From positions 132,132-196,131 of the forward strand of contig NZ_BMKE01000002.1 of NCBI RefSeq assembly GCF_014643915.1: a stretch of DNA of 64,000 nt. The letters run 5' to 3'. Position 1 is the stretch's first letter. Every line of letters begins with the position of its first letter. Shown piece by piece: positions 58,866 to 64,000 of the stretch. Position numbers and translations under genes: made by a program. The DNA comes from Oceanisphaera marina. Its GTDB lineage: Bacteria; Pseudomonadota; Gammaproteobacteria; Enterobacterales; Aeromonadaceae. A model generated the notes under the pieces. The model worked only from the letters and a program-made list of their open reading frames with translations. It ran no database searches and had not been told where the DNA came from.

Positions 58866-60098
58866 ATGACTAGCAAGCTGGTTCTTGTGCTTAATTGCGG
58901 CAGCTCGTCGCTTAAATTTGCCATTCTGAATGCCGACACCGGCGCCGAGCAACTTTCTGGCCTGGCCGAGTGCTTCTACCTGCCCGACACCCGCATCAGC
59001 TGGACGCTCAATGGCCAGAAAGGCAGTGTCTCTCTGGGCGCGGGAAGTGCACACCAACGGGCACTGGACTTTATCGTCGACACGCTGTTGAAGCCTCATC
59101 CCGAGCTGATGCACCAGCTTTCAGCGGTGGGGCACAGGGTGGTGCACGGTGGTGAGCAATTTACCCGTTCGGTACTGATTGATGACGCCGTGATCAAGGG
59201 CATTGAAGACTGTGCCAGTCTGGCACCCCTGCATAATCCGGCGCATTTAATCGGCATAGCCTCGGCCCGGCACTCGTTTCCCGACTTGCCTCAGGTCGCA
59301 GTGTTTGACACCGCCTTTCATCAGTCCATGCCCGAGTCGGCCTATCTTTATGCCCTGCCCTATGCGCTGTATCAGGACCATGATATTCGCCGCTATGGCA
59401 TGCACGGCACCAGCCATTTTTTTATTACCGAACAAGCGGCCACTGTGCTTAACAAACCTCGGGAGCAGCTGAACATCATCAGTTGCCATTTGGGTAACGG
59501 CGCTTCGGTATGCGCCATCAAAAATGGCGAGTCGGTCGATACCTCCATGGGCATGACGCCGCTCGAAGGTCTGGTCATGGGCACGCGATCCGGCGATATT
59601 GATCCCGCCATTATTTTTCATCTGCACGATAATCTGGGTTATAGCCTGGACCGCATCAATACTCTGTTGACCAAAGAATCCGGCCTGCTGGGCCTGACCG
59701 GGCGCACCAACGACTGCCGTTATATCGCAGAGCACTACGATTCTCAGCCCGAAGCCAAACGGGCCATGGATATTTTTTGTTACCGCCTGGCTAAATATAT
59801 TGCCAGCTATACCTGTGCCCTGGATGGCCGGCTGGATGCCGTCGTATTTACCGGCGGCATAGGGGAAAACTCGATTCTGGTACGTGAGCTAACCCTGTCC
59901 CAGCTTGGCTTGCTGGGTTTCAAACTGGATTCGGACGCGAACAAAGACACGCGCTTTGGCAAAACCGCCTGCATTACCACCCCGGACAGCACGCCCGCCT
60001 GGGTGATTCCGACCAATGAAGAGTGGGTCATTGCACAGGATGCACTAGTATTGTCCGGGCAATCAGCTACCTCCCCCATGCCGTTGGCAAAACAATAA
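58866..60098 (+). CDS. ackA: Acetate kinase
   Basis: Starts [21 protein letters not shown]…, near-identical to AckA. Confidence 0.95.
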   Translation: MTSKLVLVLNCGSSSLKFAILNADTGAEQLSGLAECFYLPDTRISWTLNGQKGSVSLGAGSAHQRALDFIVDTLLKPHPELMHQLSAVGHRVVHGGEQFTRSVLIDDAVIKGIEDCASLAPLHNPAHLIGIASARHSFPDLPQVAVFDTAFHQSMPESAYLYALPYALYQDHDIRRYGMHGTSHFFITEQAATVLNKPREQLNIISCHLGNGASVCAIKNGESVDTSMGMTPLEGLVMGTRSGDIDPAIIFHLHDNLGYSLDRINTLLTKESGLLGLTGRTNDCRYIAEHYDSQPEAKRAMDIFCYRLAKYIASYTCALDGRLDAVVFTGGIGENSILVRELTLSQLGLLGFKLDSDANKDTRFGKTACITTPDSTPAWVIPTNEEWVIAQDALVLSGQSATSPMPLAKQ

Positions 60099-60107
60099 GA
60101 GGATCTC

Positions 60108-62300
60108 ATGGCTAGAACGATAATGCTTGTTCCCGTTAGTGGCGGCGTGGGTGCCACGTCTGTCAGTCTTGGCATGGTACGCGCCATGGAACGTAACGGG
60201 GTGAACGTCAGTTTTTTCAAGCCGGTTTCACAACCTCGTCATCGCAGCAAAATTCAGGACCATTCCACCGCCGTTATCGCCAATGGCTCTAATATTGAGC
60301 CGCCGGAACCATTCGCGCTTAGCTATGCCGAAACCATGATTTCTCAGGGCAACCTGGATGTACTGCTTGAAGAAATAGTGGCTCGGGTAGAAAAACATGT
60401 GGCAGATAGCGGAGCCGAAGTGATAGTGGTGGAAGGATTAATCCCCACCGATAAACAACCCTTTGCCAACCGCATCAACTACGATGTCGCCAAGGCGCTG
60501 GATGCCGATATGGTGTTTATAGCTCAGCCCGGCAACGACACCAGCCAGCAGCTGAAAGAGCGTATCGAGCTGGCCTGCTCCAGCTTTGGTGGCATGATCA
60601 ACAAGCGTATTGTGGGCTGTATCATCAACAAGGTGGGCGCCCCCATGGATGAGCAGGGCAATACCCGGCCCGATCTCACCGAAATGTTTAATCCCAAAAA
60701 CAAGAATCAGCAATACAGCCCCAACCTGGAAGTGCTGCAGGTATTTGGTAAAACCCCGCTGCGTATTCTGGGTTGTGTGCCCTGGAATACCCAGCTGGTG
60801 GCACCGCGCGCCGTCGACCTGGCTCGCCACCTGAATGCCACCGTGCTGAATGAAGGCAAACTGAATAGTCGTCGCCTGCAAAGCGTGACCTTTTGTGCCC
60901 GCGCCTTGCACAACATGGTGCAGCATTTCAGGCCCGGCAGCTTGCTGGTAGCCTCGGGCGATAGATCCGATGTGATTGTGGCTGTGTGTCTGGCCGCCAT
61001 GAACGGGGTGAAAATTGGTGCCCTGCTGCTAAACGGCAGCTATCACCCCGAGCCGCAGATCATGGATTTGTGCCAGCGCGCCACCGAAACCGGATTACCC
61101 ATCCTGATGGTGGATACCAACACCTGGCAAACCGCCGTGAGCCTGCAGCATTTCAACCTTGAAATTCCGGTGGATGACGCAGCCCGTATCGAGCTGGTGC
61201 AGGATTACATGGCCAGCCATATCGACCAGCACTGGATTGAGTCGCTGAGTGCCAAATCAACCCGCAGCCGCCGCCTGAGCCCACCGGCGTTTCGTTATCA
61301 GTTAACCGAACTGGCTCGGCGTGCCGCCAAGCGCATCGTGCTGCCCGAAGGAGAAGAGCCGCGCACCATCAAGGCGGCGGTGATTTGTGCCGAGCGCAGC
61401 ATAGCCCGCCCGGTGCTGCTGGGTAACAGGGAAGAAATCATGCGCGTCGCAGCCCAACAAGGCGTGGTGCTGGATGAACGGGTCGATATTATCGAGCCTG
61501 AACAGGTACGGGAGCATTACGTAGAGCGCTTGGTGGAATTGCGCAAGGCCAAGGGAATTACCGACATTGTTGCCCACGAGCAATTAAAGGACAACGTGGT
61601 GTTGGGCACCATGATGCTGGAGCGTGACGAAGTAGACGGTCTGGTATCCGGCGCCATCAATACCACCGCCAACACCATACGCCCCCCGCTGCAGATCATT
61701 AAAACCGCACCGGGTTCGTCATTGGTGTCTTCGGTGTTCTTCATGCTGTTGCCCGATCAGGTGCTGGTTTACGGCGACTGTGCCATCAACCCGGATCCCA
61801 CCGCCGAACAGCTGGCGGAGATCGCCATTCAATCGGCAGAGTCGGCGCTGGCCTTTGGTATCGAGCCCAGAGTGGCGATGATATCTTACTCCACCGGCAG
61901 CTCGGGCACAGGTGCCGATGTGGACAAGGTACGAGAAGCCACCCGCCTGGCCCAGGAAAAACGTCCCGACCTCATCATAGATGGCCCACTGCAATACGAT
62001 GCGGCCATTATGGAAAACGTGGCCAAATCCAAGGCGCCGGATTCTCCGGTTGCCGGCAAGGCCACCGTGTTTATCTTTCCGGACTTGAACACCGGCAATA
62101 CCACCTACAAGGCGGTACAGCGCTCGGCGCAGCTAGTCTCCATTGGCCCCATGCTGCAAGGCATGCGCAAGCCCGTTAACGACCTGTCGCGCGGCGCCCT
62201 GGTAGACGACATCGTTTACACCATAGCGCTGACCGCCATTCAGGCCAGCCAGATGGCGGCCGCCAAGCTGAGTCCACCTACGGACAGCAGTCAACCTTAA
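60108..62300 (+). CDS. pta: Phosphate acetyltransferase (long form, with N-terminal DRTGG/regulatory domains)
   Basis: 730 aa starting [32 protein letters not shown]…, with Pta homology throughout. Confidence 0.95.
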   Translation: MARTIMLVPVSGGVGATSVSLGMVRAMERNGVNVSFFKPVSQPRHRSKIQDHSTAVIANGSNIEPPEPFALSYAETMISQGNLDVLLEEIVARVEKHVADSGAEVIVVEGLIPTDKQPFANRINYDVAKALDADMVFIAQPGNDTSQQLKERIELACSSFGGMINKRIVGCIINKVGAPMDEQGNTRPDLTEMFNPKNKNQQYSPNLEVLQVFGKTPLRILGCVPWNTQLVAPRAVDLARHLNATVLNEGKLNSRRLQSVTFCARALHNMVQHFRPGSLLVASGDRSDVIVAVCLAAMNGVKIGALLLNGSYHPEPQIMDLCQRATETGLPILMVDTNTWQTAVSLQHFNLEIPVDDAARIELVQDYMASHIDQHWIESLSAKSTRSRRLSPPAFRYQLTELARRAAKRIVLPEGEEPRTIKAAVICAERSIARPVLLGNREEIMRVAAQQGVVLDERVDIIEPEQVREHYVERLVELRKAKGITDIVAHEQLKDNVVLGTMMLERDEVDGLVSGAINTTANTIRPPLQIIKTAPGSSLVSSVFFMLLPDQVLVYGDCAINPDPTAEQLAEIAIQSAESALAFGIEPRVAMISYSTGSSGTGADVDKVREATRLAQEKRPDLIIDGPLQYDAAIMENVAKSKAPDSPVAGKATVFIFPDLNTGNTTYKAVQRSAQLVSIGPMLQGMRKPVNDLSRGALVDDIVYTIALTAIQASQMAAAKLSPPTDSSQP

Positions 62301-62317
62301 GCCGCAAGATGCCTGAA

Positions 62318-62356
62318 AGCGCCGCTCCTTGTACAAGGCCAGCGGCGCTTTTTTTA
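62318..62356 (+). terminator. Rho-independent terminator after pta
   Basis: agcgccgct-(ccttgtacaaggcc)-agcggcgcttttttt. Confidence 0.8.
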
Positions 62357-62478
62357 TGTCTGGCGCGTATTCAAGTGTGGGCGATAAAAATAAAAACCTT
62401 TTCCTTATGGTGAAAACTGGTAACTTAACCCTTTCAACACACTTTTTTCACACTGCCTTTCAACAAGGAGCACAATAC

Positions 62479-62979
62479 ATGTCTACAGTGACGTTCCAGG
62501 GTAATTCCGTTGCCGTTTCCGGTCAGTTTCCACAAGCAGGCCAAGCGGCTCCCGATTTCACCCTGACCGACGGTGATCTGAATGACGTTCGCCTGGCGGA
62601 CTTCAAAGGCCAGAAAGTACTGCTGAATATCTTTCCTAGCGTAGATACCGGCGTATGTGCCACCAGCGTGCGCACCTTCAATGAAAAAGCAGCCGCCCTT
62701 GGCAACACCAAGGTACTGTGTATTTCCATGGATCTGCCGTTTGCACTGGGTCGTTTCTGTGCCGCCGAAGGCATCGAAAACGTACAAACCGCGTCTGCCT
62801 TTCGCAATGCAGAATTTCTGAATGCCTACGGCGTTGCCCTGAGCGATGGTCCACTGCGTGGTCTGTCTGCCCGTGCCGTGGTGTGCATCGACGAGCAAGG
62901 TAAAGTGACTTACAGCGAGCGCGTTGCCGAGCTGACCGACGAGCCTGCATACGACGCCGCAATCGCCGCTTTATCCTGA
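62479..62979 (+). CDS. tpx: Thiol peroxidase
   Basis: 166 aa starting MSTVTFQGN…, with the peroxidatic Cys in DTGVCA and AAGGAG upstream. The ORF-track start at 62329 is spurious. Confidence 0.9.
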   Translation: MSTVTFQGNSVAVSGQFPQAGQAAPDFTLTDGDLNDVRLADFKGQKVLLNIFPSVDTGVCATSVRTFNEKAAALGNTKVLCISMDLPFALGRFCAAEGIENVQTASAFRNAEFLNAYGVALSDGPLRGLSARAVVCIDEQGKVTYSERVAELTDEPAYDAAIAALS

Positions 62980-63217
62980 TCTTGCTGGATCCCTGTCCAG
63001 TCAGTTTTTTGATGTAATATCAAAGAACTAGCCATAATGTCCGAGGTAATCTACAGACTTACTCACAGTTTATGTGGATAACCTCGGTTATGTTGCCTCT
63101 GTTCTGCCGTTACACACCCCCTCTTTTACTCCCCCACAGCTGCCGCTCTCTGATACTCTGATAAGGTATGATCCTTTAGGGCACCGTTGGTCTGAATAGC
63201 AGATTGAGGAATACATC

Positions 63218-64000
63218 ATGAATATATTACTAACCGGGGGTACTGGCTTTATCGGCCATCGCTTGATGAGTCATTTGCGGCCTCATCACCAGGTTACCGT
63301 GCTGAGCCGCACTCCCAACAAGGTACATCAACGCCTAGGGCACGATATTCAGGCATTGGCCTCACTGGACAATCTGGAGAACCTCGATCAATTTGATGCG
63401 GTGATCAATCTTGCCGGCGAGCCCATTGCCGATAAGCGCTGGACTCCCGCTCAAAAAGAACGCATTTGTAACAGCCGTTGGCAGATTACCGAGCAGCTGG
63501 TGAACAAACTCAAGGCTGGCCAACATCCGCCCAAGGTGCTGATCAGCGGCTCGGCCGTGGGTTTTTATGGCCGCCAGGGTGAGGCATTGGTAGATGAAGA
63601 CTCGCATCCGCATCCGGAATTCAGCCACAAGGTGTGTGCCAGATGGGAAGAACTGGCGAACGAAGCCGCCAGTGAGCAAACTCGAGTGTGCTGTATTCGC
63701 CTGGCGGTAGTCATGGGGGCCGAAGGTGGCGCACTAAAGAAAATGCTACCCAGCTACCGCTTAGGCCTGGGTGGCCCCATTGGCAGCGGAAAACAGTATA
63801 TGTCGTGGATCCACATTGATGATGTGGTGAGCTTGCTGCTGTTTTTACTGGAAAATGAGCAGTGCCAGGGCCCCTTTAATGCCGCCGCACCGGAGCCGGT
63901 GACCAACGAGCAATTCAGCCGCACCCTGGCCCGGGTATTGAACAAACCGCACTTTGCCCGTATTCCCGCCTGGAGCATGCGGTTACTGTTTGGCGAAATG
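63218..64000 (+). CDS. TIGR01777/YfcH-family NAD-dependent epimerase-like protein (DUF1731); the C-terminus lies beyond the window
   Basis: Starts MNILLTGGTGFIGHRL…. The frame is still open at the window end, and the gene is not in the ORF track because no stop falls inside the window. Confidence 0.8.
   Translation, partial: MNILLTGGTGFIGHRLMSHLRPHHQVTVLSRTPNKVHQRLGHDIQALASLDNLENLDQFDAVINLAGEPIADKRWTPAQKERICNSRWQITEQLVNKLKAGQHPPKVLISGSAVGFYGRQGEALVDEDSHPHPEFSHKVCARWEELANEAASEQTRVCCIRLAVVMGAEGGALKKMLPSYRLGLGGPIGSGKQYMSWIHIDDVVSLLLFLLENEQCQGPFNAAAPEPVTNEQFSRTLARVLNKPHFARIPAWSMRLLFGEM

Noticed and set aside
62329-62478. N-terminal 50-aa extension of the tpx ORF
   Set aside because: The extension reads across the pta terminator and promoter region. 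The canonical Tpx N-terminus MSTVTFQG with a perfect AAGGAG RBS begins at 62479.

Overview
This 64-kb window reads as a gammaproteobacterial chromosome segment. Its housekeeping gene order resembles Enterobacterales/Aeromonadales: pgpA-thiL-nusB-ribH, ribBA-ribE-ribD-nrdR, glyA, aroQ-accB-accC-yhdT-panF-prmA-dusB-fis, and yfbV/ackA-pta. I found no rRNA, tRNA, CRISPR array, transposase or integrase. Three regions look accessory or poorly described. (1) A tightly linked minus-strand cluster at 24.2-33.7 kb, with overlapping or near-overlapping gene boundaries, encodes a YqiJ/NfeD-like membrane protein, an unusually long flotillin, a 1641-aa protein with a single C-terminal P-loop AAA+ ATPase module, a TerB-like/phospholipase-D (HKD) protein and a TelA toxic-anion-resistance protein. 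The giant protein has no obvious characterised homologue, and this cluster is my best candidate for an undescribed membrane-associated stress or defence system. (2) About 9 kb of accessory genes sits between ribBA and ribH, including a complete siaABCD-like c-di-GMP signalling module. (3) A torD-like/DUF2956/amidoligase/C26-peptidase/yqaA operon lies next to glyA. Several intergenic spacers also carry a telomere-like G3-heptamer tandem repeat family, as well as MITE/REP-like palindromic elements and strong palindromic candidate operators. All calls are from reading the ORF translations and sequence; I ran no database searches.
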